A stretch of 64,000 nt of DNA from Octopus vulgaris (GCA_951406725.2 OX597816.1:177320001-177384000), one strand, 5' to 3'. Positions 12,208 through 26,619 are shown, numbered from the stretch's first letter. Made by a program: numbers and translations. Notes: generated from the sequence alone by a model not told the origin.

Positions 12208-15200
12208 TATATATATATACATGTGTAAATGTAAACACCCCTCTTCCCTTCGTATATATAGTTATTTATATATATATATTTATATATCAATGTAATGTAA
12301 ATAAAAAGTAACATTAAAACGACTGGGAAATAACAGTACGATGAATAAGGTGTTAGTTTAATGTTTAAATGGATGGAAAAGAATTTCTTTGAGATTCAGA
12401 TGTATATTCTATATTATGGAGCTGCTGGGAGAGGTGCTTGTACAGAATGAAGACCTTTGTTCCCAGTTTGCAGAAAAAAGTGGAGCATGGAAATACTAAT
12501 AGGGGAGGTTGTTTAATGAAGAGACTATATGGGAAAAAGGGAGAGAGAGAGAAATGGGGAAGGCAAACTAATTCCAAATTGGGAACTTATTACATGTAAT
12601 GTTTATCGACAACTTACCGCCAACTTTGTTATTTCACTTAAATACTAACAAAACCTTGCAAAAGATCTAATGATGCAATAAAATAAAATGTTCGCTTCAA
12701 ATGTCGAAAGATTTGTCTGTAGTGAATTTGAACTCGCTAACCATGTTCAATAGCTTATCGATTCGACTCTTTTTCTTCTTATATGGAAAACAATTGAGTA
12801 TGTACAGCATATTGTAGAGACAGGATAGTAACTAATTAAGTTGTCTAATATAAGCGTTTACACAATATGAATATTGAATACAAAAACGATTATGAAAACT
12901 GTGTTTTAGTTATCCACCCCACTCCTTCTCACCACACACACAAAAAGAAAGGATCAAAGGCAAAGTTGACCTCAGTGAAACTCTGAGTTTAGGTTGTAAA
13001 GAACCAGACTAAATCCCGATCGAATTCCATCTAACATTTAAATGGTGCTGCCATTTCGTCTCCTTTCTTTCCTATAAACAATAAAAGTAAAAAAATAATG
13101 GAGTAAAACAATAACAAAGTATAAGTAATAACATAGAAATAAAGCAGCACTTTTCTCCCTGGGAAATACAGAACTCCATATCTTTCCAATTTTCAAACGA
13201 GAATTATAGATGAGAAATTCAGTGAGTCTGTGCCTCTTATACTGTTACAAACACTTGTCACTGTCTCTCCCTATGTAGTTGTACGTATTACCACATCTCT
13301 GTAAAATTGACTAGTACTTGCTAGCTGTCATTCTAATCTTGAGATATATTAGCTCGGTTAAGTAAATTTGCTTGAGATATACTATGTAAATATAAAAAGA
13401 AAAAAGCTTCTGTTGTACACAATAGATTATTAGAAGTATAACCATTACAAGATATAACAAATATCTTATTATCAGCATTAACATAACTATCCCATACTTC
13501 CAAATCCTACGTTAAATTCCGTTAACCTTTAACGCTTGAGTGTCATTTCTGCGAGTCAAGAGACTAACATATTATATCTCATAAATTCTTTTTCTCTTCA
13601 TCACTCTCGCTGGCATATGAGACAGCAGTTTAAATATTTTCGTGTCAAAAAAGTGTTATACAACAAATATGCTACTCTGATCAAAGATCGTCAAGATTTT
13701 GATGACACAAAGAAAACTAAATTTGTCGAAAATTACGGAAAAAACCCCCCGTTAAAAGTAGAATCAAACTGAAATGTCATTTCAGTGCAGGAAAATAGTA
13801 CGACAGTTAAATTTAGAGAAAGGAAATATAATAATTTATAATAGTTGTTAGTAAGGGAGTGTTTCATCAAAGGAAGAATTAGGATTGGGTGTCTTTAAAA
13901 AAAATACTTGTCACCGAAGAAAAATATAATGAGTAACTCAGAAGACGATCATTACTGGAACTTCCAGTATAAACACGATAAAGTACTTGAACCTGTCAGG
14001 CAAATTGGTAAACCAAGTGTTGGGTAGTTAAAGAGAATTCCAAAGTAAACCACTCTTTTAAGGTACAGTTTAGATAATTTCATTTTCTGTACTGAAGCAG
14101 AAGTTCACTTCCAAAGAACTATGGCTCTCTTCGTTTATTAGGAGTAGAAACTATTTAAAATATTGTGCTTTCTGTAAAAACACAATTGATACGTCTTATG
14201 TTATTAAAATTTTCCTAGAAATCTTAGAACAAAACCTGTCTTAAAACACATTTTTTTCTAAATTTGCCTCCTCAGAAATTCTATTTTTAACCGTTAAATA
14301 CTTTACGGTTATAAAGTAGTAGGCGGTCACCATCGGAAGAGGAAAGTAGGGGTTGTGTTTGTTTGATGATGTTCGGTAGCTACAGAGCTGAAAAAGTCAA
14401 TAATTCATGAAATAGAGGGCAGTTCTGTTGTGTTATATTTCTCTGAACTGGGGGTGTATGTAATGTAATCGACACTTATAACGATGAAGAATATGTTTTA
14501 AAAGTCCTTATTTTACTTTTTGTCTGGTTACATATTTTTCTTTAGAATCTCATCAAATAAATAATTTTGCTAGTTTATTGCTTCTACTTACTGTTTCAAT
14601 CCCACGTGGTATCTGTTGGCTTAATAGATAGCATAACTTAGCATAACTCTGGAGCATATAAGTAAAAACAAAGGGAATGGATCTCCTTTGGTTTCGACGA
14701 TGAGTATGCCGGTTATTGAATCAACTGAACTACCTGCTCATTGTAATAACGAGTAAGTGGCTGAGTAATTCCGCAGACACTTGTGTCCATAACGTAATGT
14801 TAAAATTAAATCAACGTGACACACTGTGTGATAGATGGCTCCTTGAATGACAGATATCGTTCATCCAATGGAAATTTATACTGGTTTCATCTACCTAATT
14901 TCAGTCACAAAGTTTGACTTAACCCGGGATTGTGGTAGAACAGTTTTACTCAAGATGCCATGTAAAAAGATCGAACTAGAGATTTCAAGATTGCAAAGCG
15001 AACCTTTTACCCACTTGGTATTGCTTGCATTCACTTCGATCATGAGAAACGCGCGCGCGTATACAATGAGCTGCAGGAATCTAGGGTGGGATTTGAACTC
15101 AGAAATTGAAGAGACAAAACTAAATACTCTTCAACACTATCCCTTCATCACCATAACGTAATTAAGAATGAAGTGTAGCATTTTAAATATTTAGATTTTA

Positions 15201-15209
15201 GAATCATGT

Positions 15210-15420
15210 TAAAATTTTGGCACAAGGCCAGCAGTTTTGGAGGGGAGGGTAAGTCAATTACATCGACTCCAGTAGTTGTCTAAGACTTATTTTATCGACC
15301 CCGAAAAGATGATGGGTAAAATCGACCTTGGCAGAATTTGAGCTCAGAACATAAAGAAGGACGAAATGCCGTTTAGCATTTCGTCTTATGTAATAACGGC
15401 GTTGCCAGCCCGCCGCCTTA
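15210..15420 (-). mobile_element. SINE family A
   Basis: Reverse-complement match, with GCCAGCCCGCCGCCTT at the head end. Confidence 0.8.
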
Positions 15421-16867
15421 GGTTATGTTAAAATAATAATTTCTTTGTTATGACATCAGCAAAATGTCCGGTTAGGCCCGGCACAAGAAGCTCCTAAATT
15501 GCTTGCTCATGAACTCCTTCCATTTCTCATCTATTGGATGTGAAATAGCTTAATTGCTGCTTGAATCGGTAGAGGTAACTCTAACAGATATTCTCCCGAC
15601 TCAGATATACTTTAGGATTCAATTATACTTCTCACATTTTCTCCTTTTGTACATTATTAACCATTTCACTAACACTTCTAACAATGTGCTCTCTTTAACT
15701 CATTAACTTAGCTTAGTCATACATCATTCACAGGAAACTAGACATCTCACACTAGATGTACACTACTTACATATGTATAAATACTCTGAAAGCATCCTCC
15801 AGTAAAGACACAACAATATAATCTTCTTTATCAACACTCGGGCACAATCGCTGTACCTATCGAGGAAACAGATTTTCACTACACATCGTCTACCTTTGAA
15901 AATACATAAATGAATTGTTAAATACCTCAAAGTCATTACAGATGCTCGGTGACATATTCTCTTATAATCTCTCATTGTAACCTTGCATATAATTCCATTG
16001 CTAATACTGCATCTCAAATACAAGGTTTTCATTCGTAGGCCAGAAACACTTTAGGTTTAATTAATTCTATAAAGTTAAAAGGTAACTCACATTGGAGAAA
16101 AATTGTGCATATAAAGTGAATCGTCGCCTCTGCTACATATACAACTATTCTAAAATTACCTCTGATAAAAAGACCATCAAATAGACTGCCGGAAGCATTG
16201 TCCCACACAAGCACCGTTTCTTCTCACTGTATTTTTGTATTTCTTCTGAAATAGCTTTTTCTCCACTGAAATACGAAACCTCTTGCCACCTTAAATGATG
16301 TCCACCCGTCTTCATCGTACCTTCACTGGCTCATTCTTAAGGTCTTTGAGGGAAAATATTTAAAAACAAACAATAAAAAAAGAGCATTACTCATTCCATT
16401 CTTACCATGACTACAACCCTTTCGAATTCCCTCTCTTTCTTGCATTTTTTTTTTTATAAGATTTAACTTACAGAAATCCAAACTAAACATCAACCAACGC
16501 ATCGACCTCAGCAGATTGAGGGGTCCTGCAGAGATCATGGACGCCGCGATAATAAAGAAAAATATTATTTCCTCCGGTGATATTTAGTACCATAAAATTA
16601 CCTGGGAATTGGCGAGGATTTATTTTATAGTATGGCGTATGACTGTTATGAAGTAGCTCTGGATACAATAACATCTACTAGAGTAAAGAAAACTTATTTA
16701 AAAAAGCAGAGAAAAAAAAGCGACTATTGCGCGCTTGCACCTGGGGTGATTACAGCCACAAGACAGTGACGTCATGTCTATCAATTATTTATCAGTTATT
16801 TTTCTATTTCAAGGTTCCTGCTTAGAATTATTGCCGTACATACATACATACATGCATACATGATACA

Positions 16868-16954
<87 letters not shown>

Positions 16955-17230
16955 AACAGCTTGCACAGGGGGATATTTCCTATATCATTAGTCGTTTGAG
17001 GATCACAATTTTCAGTACCTTGCATCAGTATCGCTCGCTCCAGCAGTGTCGCGCACTATCGATGATACCAAGGAATATTCGAGATTCTTTTGGCTCATAT
17101 CATAGAATACTCACTCCTAATCTTATCCATGTTACTGCCAGATCAACAACGCAGCGATAATCTGTTTTACCACTCACTGAAGATTTGGACATCGCTCTCG
17201 GCTTTGGTCTTTCATCCCCACTCTCTCTCA

Positions 17231-17303
<73 letters not shown>

Positions 17304-18029
17304 GCACACTCGCCTCGCGCACGCATAAGCACATATATACAGTCGCTTACTCATGTACGGATTTCGGTAATTGCAACCGCGCTGTGTACTGTCTTCAAGA
17401 AATTTAGACGATCATATTGACCACAGGTCTTACGCCGGGTCTTTTTATCGAAATACTGAGTGACGACATAACACAATATCGGTTTTAATCAGTTTTTAAC
17501 ATATGCATGGTATCAGCTGAACAAAATAAATTCAGACTCTACTGTATGACATTGAGTACTATTTGCTTCATTATTATATACACATGGGTGTATATGAGTA
17601 CATCTACAGTAATGTTAAGCAAGTTTCGACATTCGCATGCACTCTCTTTTCATTGTTTGCAATGCTGATGAAAATCAATAAAATTAGCAAAATTGGAATT
17701 ACTGTTCTGTGTAGAATTAAAGGGGCAAATATTTAATCTACGACGACTTAAATAGGAAAATGATATAGCTCTGTCCTTGTTTGCATGTGAACTGTAATAT
17801 GAGCCAAAATAATCTCGAACATTCCTTTGTAGCATCGATAGTGTGCAACACTGCTGGAGCGAGCGATACTGATGGCAATGGTCTTCTATATTTTACTGAA
17901 TTCTTTCTACAAACCCCCTATGATTTGTTCCCGTTTGTGGAATGCTTGATTTCACTTTTCGCATACCAAAAACTAAATTTGTTGATCTGTGTTTGCCTGA
18001 AGTGTAAAGAAAATCCTTCTCCAATTTCT

Positions 18030-18520
18030 ATCTAAAGTGGAATCGTCTAAGAAGATACATCCTTCAACTTTCTGGACAGCAAATTGTTCAATTGTTGCAC
18101 TCTCAAAAATGACGTCACTAACCTACTGCGAGTAATTAACAAAGTTTTTGAACACCTCTCATCTATGGGTCTTTCACAACAGTAACCTGAAACTCTAAAC
18201 AAAACCTTTGGTGTATCATACTCTCCAAGCAACTCTATTGATGGTTGTGAGACTCGGACAGTGTAACAATATTTAATGTATCAGCTCGATGGATTTCATC
18301 AAGCAAAACGGTGATCGATGTTGGTCTTGAAATAGGAAGACCATGTCTCACATCATGATGTACTGGCAAGAACAAAACCCACGACATTTCTGATAACTAC
18401 GATAAGGACAAAGAATACCAGATTGAAATATGATCCTGTATAGAATGACATCATGAAAGGGGTATACCTAAGAAACGCTTTCGTTAACCCATCAAAGTAA
18501 TGCCTAACCTAACAACTGAG
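18030..18520 (+). mobile_element. Highly decayed RTE-clade LINE fragment
   Basis: GATGGTTGTGAGACTCGGACA resembles the (Y)GCETWT motif; downstream matches are weak. Confidence 0.45.
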
Positions 18521-18559
18521 AAAACGTGGCTGAAGACAGTTAATAGTTGAAAGCATATA

Positions 18560-18719
18560 CAAGGGGGTGCTGAACATTTCCTGGCTTTAAGGGTATAAAG
18601 AAAGGACCACTACAATAAGCGTGTGAATCTGAGAGGGAAATACGTTGAATAAAATCATGATCAACTGATCCTCCCGTATTTTCTTTTACCCAAAGCCAGG
18701 AACTGTTCAACGCCCCTCG
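18560..18719. mobile_element. Tc1/mariner-type MITE
   Basis: TIRs C(A)AGGGGGTGCTGAACATTTCCTGGCTTT / AAAGCCAGGAACTGTTCAACGCCCCTCG, preceded by TA. Confidence 0.75.
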
Positions 18720-18775
18720 TTGAAAAGAACACACACACACACACAAACGCACACAGGCATGCGTGCACACATAAC

Positions 18776-18815
<40 letters not shown>

Positions 18816-19657
18816 TTGAAGACGATCAACTTGCAGAGTTGTCAGAGTGTTAGATAGAATGCTTTGTACTATTTGTAACGCCCAAGTCAATGACCGCTTT
18901 ATTTGTTTCTGCAGAAACTTCATCTATTCCATAAAATACTTATTATATGTGGCGAGCTGGAAAACTACCTAATTATTTTAGGGAACACTTGTTGGAGGTA
19001 CATCATTGAATTATTCAGGCCTCTAGTCAGTCATTACAATTCTCCAGGCCATAGCTCTCTGCATGTTGACGATTATGGAACTTTACGCCAATATTGATTT
19101 CTTGTTCTCCGATTGCATCGTGAACAGCAATTTTCCATTTAAGCACAGCTAGCTTAGCGGCCTTCCCCCTGAAAACACTGTTCTCTTTCCATTAAATTCC
19201 TTGCACACAATGAAAATTTCCCTTGCATCTCACATCCTGTTTCCAGTCACACACACACACACACACGCATACACGCCCGCATCCCCCACATGCACCCACA
19301 AAGAATACCGCCAACAATACTAACACACACATCTATATACTATATAGCTACCACACAGGCATGTATTATTGCACTCTGTTCACATAGCATACATTGCACA
19401 AAAGGACCTCATTCACTTATGTTACTCACTCATATACAAATACTCACACCTACTTCTACACTAGTTGACTCTTACATTAAGGGCTTACGTACGTCTATTT
19501 CACTTGCCTTCCTAATTTCTAACTCGTTTGTTGTAAAAATGCTATTCTCAACACTTCCGCGCCCTATTCTCTTACGTTCTGTCATTCACTATGCTGCGTG
19601 GCTAAAATCAACACCAGCTTACATTTAACATTCTTCTTATTTCCGTTTCTCCTTTTT

Positions 19658-19692
19658 TATCTTGACGACGGATCACAGTCCGAAGCGTCGAA
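19658..19692 (+). ncRNA. Degenerate minimal hammerhead motif in a Penelope-like remnant (~19280-19775)
   Basis: C(T)TGACGA-CGGA-TCACAG-TCC-GAAGCGTC; core carries mutations. Confidence 0.45.
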
Positions 19693-19782
19693 TTCACCTC
19701 TGTTTCTTCTTCACAGCGTAATTATATTGAAGTTGTTTACTGTGCTGTTTTTTGCTAATCTTGTTTTTCTTGTGATTCTACA

Positions 19783-19975
19783 TGGCAGTGGTTAGGGCAG
19801 CGGACTCGCGGTCGTAGGATCGCGGTTTCGATTCCCAGACCGGGCGTTGTGTGTGTTTATTGAGCAAAACACCTAAAAGCTCCACGAGGTTCCGACAGGG
19901 GCTGGTGATCCCTGCTGTTAAAAACAAATGGCGGTGCCCCAGCATGGCCACAGCTTGTGAGCTGAAACTAAATAA
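19783..19975 (+). mobile_element. tRNA-derived SINE family C, truncated, with a family-B-like tail
   Basis: CAGTGGTTAGGGCAGCGGACTCGCGG...GGTTTCGATTCCC A/B boxes; tail GGCGGTGCCCCAGCATGGCC. Confidence 0.8.
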
Positions 19976-20028
19976 AATAAAATTAAATAAAATATATATG
20001 ATGTGTGTGCGTTAGAGAGATGAGAGAG

Positions 20029-20060
<32 letters not shown>

Positions 20061-22761
20061 AGAAAGTGTGTGTGTGTGTGTTTGTTTGCGCGCGCGCACG
20101 TGAGTGTGTATGTATTCCTTAAGAGCACTATTGCTTCCAAAACCTTTTAGAGAGAACTGAATATGGTCCCCATGACCTTTAAATGATCAGATTGAAAATG
20201 TTAAGTTTTTTAGATAAGAACTAATAATGGGGATAACTTGGAAAGATAAATAAACATATAAATGCACTTATTTCCTCCAAATGAGAACTTTTAAATCCGT
20301 GCTAGACTGTCGTATTATGAATTGGACGAAAGACTGAATACAAATGCCCCTCTATTGCAGGTCATAATTTCAGATAATCTTGTACCTGTTTCGGACAGAC
20401 AGCTACGTGATCTGAGCTAGTATAGTGTACAAATCTTCCCGAAATTACTATGTAACGCTAGCAGTAGATTTCAACTCTTAATCTTAGAGAAGATAGCCTA
20501 TTATCTTATCGACACTGTCAACTAATTTCTACAAGCTGAGGAGGTAAGTTGTATGTGAGCTATGGATGATGATTCATTTTACTTAAACACATACAATCAC
20601 AGCGATTGTATTCAGTCTTATACTTCTGTATATATGTATATATACATATAGATAGACAGACAAAGAGACAAACGAACAAGCAGACAGTTATATTAGCTTT
20701 ATGTTACATCGAGATCCAAATCGTGACAGCGAAATTGCAGAGGGAGTTTAAAAGTCATGAACTTCTTTCAGAAAGTTACAATTGTCGTTATAGTCCCAAC
20801 GATATATGAAAGATAATATGAAATATCCATTTGCAGAACAAGTATTCTGTCTTGTTGTATGACTATGAAACGTACAATTTTGCATGTATCTCGGGGAGAT
20901 TATGTAAGTGATGTTGAAGAGTTAGTAAATAGAGTAAACATAAAAGCTCTTTGCAACGTGGTGGGCAGGCCACAGAGTTGTAACCGAGCTTGTCTTTCAA
21001 AGTGAACTGGTTAGCCAGTTAGCTGTACATGAGCCAGAGTAAGGTAATGATGGAATCATAACCAGATGAAAGAACATGCCTGACAGTCTTGTAAGAAATG
21101 CTGAAAGGAAACATGTATGTACACAATTCTAATTATCATGATTCTGCATTGCGTTTAACTGAGAGGAGACATTTATATAATAGTTGTGGTGAAAGCGGCA
21201 AATCATAAGCAAGGCTCAAAAACTCTTACCTGTAATTAAACGTAGACTAAATGTATCGACCGAATATTTTGCACCCCATGAACATTGTATTTCACAGAAG
21301 AATAATTCGGAAGCCCTGATATGGATTTCAACTGAATTTTGAGATCTACAGTGCAGAAATATCTCTGTTCAGTGTGTCAAAGAGAAGACCTCTATATAGA
21401 CATTTTGGTTTACCTGACCTACTAGAAATCGCCTCCATATTTCCTTCAAATCGTACACTATTGTCTTGAATAAAGAAGGCTACATTAGACAAAGTAGTCT
21501 ACAATGGTATCGTTGTGACTGAAACGCTTCTTGTAATCAAAAGTACACACATGAGCGCGTTTGTGGATGTCTTTTAAATGACAATATTAGCTTGTGGATA
21601 CGACGATCGCTTATTGCAATGAGGGAAAAGATTTTTCTTTTCTTTCTGTGAATGTGTGAAATCGTGGAGAGTTATGGTCATGTGTCATAAAATACTGCGG
21701 GATAAATGAACAAACAGGGATGGATAGATTTGTTTACATAATTAGATATCTTGTTAAGCAGTCTGATTATGGAAACTGTTGACGCTGCCGACCAATAAGA
21801 TGGGAGAGAAAGAGGTTAATAAAGAAGTGGAAAAAGGAAGCTATGTTGTGGCAAAAAAAGGCATGCGTACAGACAAAAAGACAAACAGACGAACTGAGAA
21901 AGTAGAAAATAAAAATATAATCAAAGACAAAATGAATGATAGTTATAAAGTAGAAGAGTATGAAAAATATGCGAAGCCGTACATGGTTTCGGTCATTAAG
22001 CACCGAATATGTAAAAATTATGGTTTAGACGAATAAAATGTTACACAGAAACACTGCCCCTCCCTCTTCCCCTTCTCTCTCTCTTTCTCTCGTATTTGTT
22101 AGTATTTGCGTACATCACTTTGTGCATCTATGTCTGTGTAACTCCTCAAAGTTTTAATTCCTTCAAGAGAAGTATAATTCCAGTCGGGAATTGAAATCAC
22201 ATAACTGATTCAATTGGCAGAGAATGTTTCAACGTATGACACGAAACATAACAAAAGAAGAAGGTAGCAGTTATGTGATCTCTGTTAGAAATATCGGTCT
22301 AATCTACAAATCGCACTAAATGTCTTAAATAAACAAAAAAGGTTGGTGCAAATACGAAAGCCCCAAAACGTTATGCCCGAAAAAAATAATGGGATGATCA
22401 ACGATAATACTCTCGATGATGCATCAACCAAATGAAGGTGTCCTTGGGTTAAACAACAAGAATAGCAACAACAACAAATTCTTTAAGGAAAGTGTATTCG
22501 ATTTAGTTAATTTCTACTTCGTGACTGATATTTATTCTATCAATCCTGAGTATATGGAATTCAGACTTGAACCTAGCAGGATTTGAACTTGCAACCCGAA
22601 CAGTTGAAACTAGATACTACAGATATTAGTTAGTTCATTAATCTTGTCATTCATTGCCTCAATGCTAATTGTTCCTAATTTAGAAGGAAGCCCAAAAGTC
22701 TTTTGGTGCTGAGAATGGAATTGATCAAATCAATTTTCATTCGAATATTGACACCATAAGA

Positions 22762-23332
22762 AGGTGGCGAGCTGACAGAATCGTTAGCGCGTCGGACAAA
22801 ATGCTTGGTGACATTTCATTCACCGAAGTTGACTTTGCTTTTCTTCTCTTTCAAGATCGATTAAAATTGAGTATCAGTCGAGCACTGTAATGGACTAGCA
22901 AGCAGCTCCTCTAAAATTACTGACCAGCTTGTGTCAAAATTAGAGACATTTCTACCAGATTTTTATGTTCTGAGTTCAAATCTCACTGTGATCAACTTTG
23001 CCTTTCATCCTTTCAGGGTCGATAACATAAAATACTAGTCAAGTACTGAGGTCGATGTAATCGACTTGCCCCTTCCTCTCAAAAATATTGGCCTTGTGCC
23101 AAAATTAGAAGGAATTATAATATTGGTACTAAGAGTGGTGAATTTTTTTCTACTCTAGGCACAAGGCCCGAAATTTTGAGGGGAGTGGGCCAGTCGATTA
23201 GATCGAACCCAGTACTTAATTTATCCACCCCGAAAGGATGAAAGGCAAAGTCGACCTCTGCAGAATTTGAACTGAGAACGTAAAGACAGACGAAATACTG
23301 CTCAGCATTTCGCCCGGCGTGCTAACGTTTCT
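22762..23332. mobile_element. SINE family A copies (22762-23115 on +, 23150-23332 on -)
   Basis: Family A head and central-domain motifs in both orientations. Confidence 0.8.
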
Positions 23333-23379
23333 TAATTTTTTTATAATCCATAAGGACATACATAGAAGGGACAGCACAA

Positions 23380-24212
23380 TGAAATCGAATGATTTTACAA
23401 GAAATGCGATTGGGGTCTTTTTAAAAATTCTAAAAACATATATAATACGGATGATGATAGGGCATAAGACATAACAGATGAGTGGAGGCGGGATTATAAC
23501 AGACCCCACGAACCCCGCCTTACCACTGACCTGGGTTTTTAAACCATATCGCATTCACGCGGAGCCTTTCATGCCCAACATTCGTGCGACATTCTTCCAT
23601 CTCTTTCCAAACATATCTTCAGTCAAACATCTCCTCTCCAGCCCTATTTGCCTTTTTAGTTGGACGATGAAAAAATTCACCAGATTAGGGCCAGAGATGA
23701 AGGCGCCTGATCTTATTCCTTTCATTCTTGTCCTCCATATAATCCCTGTTTCGGAATGCCGCTCAGCTTTCGCAGCAATGTCTCAAGAGCCATCACATAT
23801 AAAAGCGGGGAGAGCGGACATCCTTGAGCGTTTAACGTGGAACGGCTTAGAAAGAAAGCCGTTCACTCGAACTACCTAGTCAATGTTGTCATACATTAGA
23901 ATGAACCATCTGAAGAAGCCAAGACCAGGCCGAACTGTGCCAGAACGGACACGAGGTAGTGATGGTCGACCCTACCAAAAGCTTTTGATTGGTCTAAATG
24001 GACAACTGCCCCTCCCGTGCCGGAATCGTCATTAATTCCCTCTACAGTGTATCGTATTAGATGGAGATTGTCCTGAATGGATCTGCCGGGGATGTCACAT
24101 GTCTGTGCTCCCCTGATCATCCCATCCGCGACACGCGCCAATCTTTCCGATAGTACTTTGGCCGAAATCTTCAGCTCTGCGTCGAGCAGAGTGATGGGCC
24201 TAAAATTATATT
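23380..24212 (-). mobile_element. Tx1/L1-clade LINE remnant (RT plus 3' end, internally deleted)
   Basis: NFRPITLLDAELKI.AKVL..RL, Q..IPGRSIQDNL, LDQSKAF.RVDH, VRVNGFLSKPF. Confidence 0.85.
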
Positions 24213-24491
24213 CTGACATAGGTCCTCGTACATCGACTTGTTAAAATCAAATCTAGGAGAACCTATGTCAGTTGGGTGGTATTTTTTTTTAAAGATGTTA
24301 TAGGTCATTTCATCTATTTTATAAATGGCAATATTTTCTGGAGTCTTATGGTGATGTTTGTAAATTGACACCGTTTGTATTTGCTTTAACCCTTTTTTAA
24401 TTGTTCGTTATCATTGTTTATTGTTCCCTTTCGCACAAAAGTTTCTGATTTTGTGCTGATATTAAAAGAAACTATTATATCGCAGACACTT

Positions 24492-24675
24492 AAGGCGGTG
24501 AGCTGGCACAATCGTTAGAACGTCGTACAAAATGCTTCGAGTTCAAAATTGGACGAGGCCGACTTTAACCTTCATCATTTCGGAACTGAGAAAATAAGTA
24601 CCCGTAGAGCACTGGAGTCGTGGTAATCGACTTGCCACTTTCTGCAAAATTGCTTGCCTTTTGTGCCAAAATTTG

Positions 24676-24680
<5 letters not shown>
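24492..24680 (+). mobile_element. SINE family A (internally deleted)
   Basis: Family A head and tail. Confidence 0.75.
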
Positions 24681-24714
<34 letters not shown>

Positions 24715-25031
24715 GACGTCTACACATTTCTAACCTTGAACTCTCAACCTTGAACTTGTTCGCATAAACTGTCCCGTTCGTTTTATTTTTATTTTCATAT
24801 ATTATCCCCTTTTTTTTTACATTCATTTCATATTCGCTAGCCTCTGCACGCATATTTTTTTTCTCTCCTTCTTTCTGTGTTTTTTCTCTGTGTATCTTTC
24901 TGTTGAAGAGCGTAGGCTCGAAACGTTAACGACTTGTTTTATTTATATTTCCTGAGCGCCATACTAATACAATTGTTTGTTTGTATTCCACCTGCCTTCG
25001 TCTTTTGTCTATTTTCATAAAGCTTCCCGTT
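24715..25031 (+). mobile_element. Penelope-like pLTR remnant with HHR, inserted in (TA)n
   Basis: HHR at 24895-24932; 24845-25031 is homologous to 47378-47570 (reverse complement); (TA)n on both sides. Confidence 0.75.
24895..24932 (+). ncRNA. Minimal hammerhead variant (CUGUUGA core)
   Basis: TCTTT-CTGTTGA-A-GAGC-GTAG-GCTC-GAAAC-GTT|AACGA. Confidence 0.6.
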
Positions 25032-25179
25032 ATATATATATATAATTATTATTACTATTATTAAAAATATTATATGTATATTGATTTCTTAACTGCTTCA
25101 AGTTTATATTTGCGCATCCATAAGTTAAACTGAGCAGATCTAGGACTATACCGTAACGGCATATAATAATAATTCTTTC

Positions 25180-25577
25180 TAAATTTGGCACATGGCTTGT
25201 AATTTTGAGGGGAGGGATTTGATCGATTACATCAACGCCAGTACTTAATTTGTACTTTGTTTCATCGACAGCGGACAGGAGAAGTTGATCTTGGCGTTAT
25301 TTGAACTCAGAACGTAAAGAACCGGAAGCAATGCCGCTAACCATTTTGTTCGACTTACAAACAATTCTGCCAATTCGCTGATATACAAGGATAATATCAT
25401 TGGTTTCAAATTTTGACACAAGGCCAGCAATTTCGGAGGAGGTGGTAAGGCTATTACATCGACCCAACTGGTACTTATTCTATCGAACCCAAAGTCGACC
25501 TCGACGGAATTTGAACGTGAGGACTGACGAAGTTTTGCTAAGCATTTTGCCCGGCGTGCTAATGATTCTGCCAGCAT
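25180..25577 (-). mobile_element. Two degenerate SINE family A copies
   Basis: Reverse-complement family A motifs. Confidence 0.7.
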
Positions 25578-25921
25578 TTTCAATGATAATGATATCAAGA
25601 ACAACAACAATAATAACCTGAAATGGTGGTGCGTGCTCATACACATTCATGTTTCACAAACGCAAACGATTAGGTTACTAGTTTATCGAGATTTGATTGG
25701 TTGTCGAATAATTCTTTAGATAAGGATGTGGGCTTGCAAATTGGAACCTGGAGACGAAAAATCATAATAGCCTGTGGATAGTGACTCGACCGACAATTCA
25801 GTTGAAGTGCTCAGAATTTGAAATATTCAGACTTCCAGGTGAAGAGAAAGCGAGTCGATGACGAGGAGAGTCATCCAGAGAGGGCTTGAGAAGGAGATAT
25901 TTCTGAAAAGTCAGATAGAGT

Positions 25922-25953
25922 ATGTGAGTGAGTGTGTGTGTGTGTGTGTGAGA

Positions 25954-25984
<31 letters not shown>

Positions 25985-26004
25985 TCTGTGTGTGAGTGAG
26001 TGAG

Positions 26005-26054
<50 letters not shown>

Positions 26055-26055
26055 T

Positions 26056-26098
<43 letters not shown>

Positions 26099-26102
26099 TG
26101 AG

Positions 26103-26140
<38 letters not shown>
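25922..26140. repeat. (GT)n/(GAGT)n microsatellite
   Basis: Directly visible. Confidence 0.97.
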
Positions 26141-26143
<3 letters not shown>

Positions 26144-26407
26144 AATGCCTATATCACTTTGGTGATGTACAGTTATTTTCTCTTCATTTCTTGTCTCATG
26201 AAATATCAGAATATACTCTAAAACTTGCTTTTGCTTCTTGTTCAAGATAACATTAATCAGAAATTCGTACTACTACTACTAACACCGACTCCTGAGCTAT
26301 CTCCGAATGCTGTGGCTGACTATCCACAGGTATACATCTATTCACTGTTGATGAATCTATAGAGATTCTTAGACACTGAATAGATGTAGTCATTATTTGT
26401 TAGACAA

Positions 26408-26619
26408 AAGGCGGCGAGCTGGCAGAATCGTTAGCGCGCCGGGCGAAATGCTCAGCGGTATTTCGACTGCCGCTACGTTCTGAGTTCAAATTCCGCCGAG
26501 GTCGACTTTGCCTTTCATACTTTCGAGGTCGATTAAATAACTACCAGTTACGCACTGGGGTCGATCTAATCGACCGCCCCTCCCCCAAAATTTCGGGCCT
26601 TGCACCTAGAGTAGAAAAG
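26408..26619 (+). mobile_element. Full-length young SINE family A with 16-bp TSD
   Basis: Intact A and B boxes; TSD ATTATTTGTTAGACAA at 26392-26407 and 26620-26635. Confidence 0.93.

Noticed and set aside
16243-16290. CTGAAATAG...GAAAC hammerhead-like string
   Set aside because: No complementary stems I or II.
20361-20543. Possible exon (TTGCAG acceptor, GAG/GTAAGT donor)
   Set aside because: Stop codons in all three frames; no support for a non-coding exon without transcript data.
21779-22036. 85-aa Lys/Glu-rich ORF
   Set aside because: Purine-rich low-complexity sequence with no recognisable domain or splice support.
26408-26500. tRNA gene
   Set aside because: The A and B boxes belong to a multicopy SINE head that continues into a SINE body; the same holds for families B and C.
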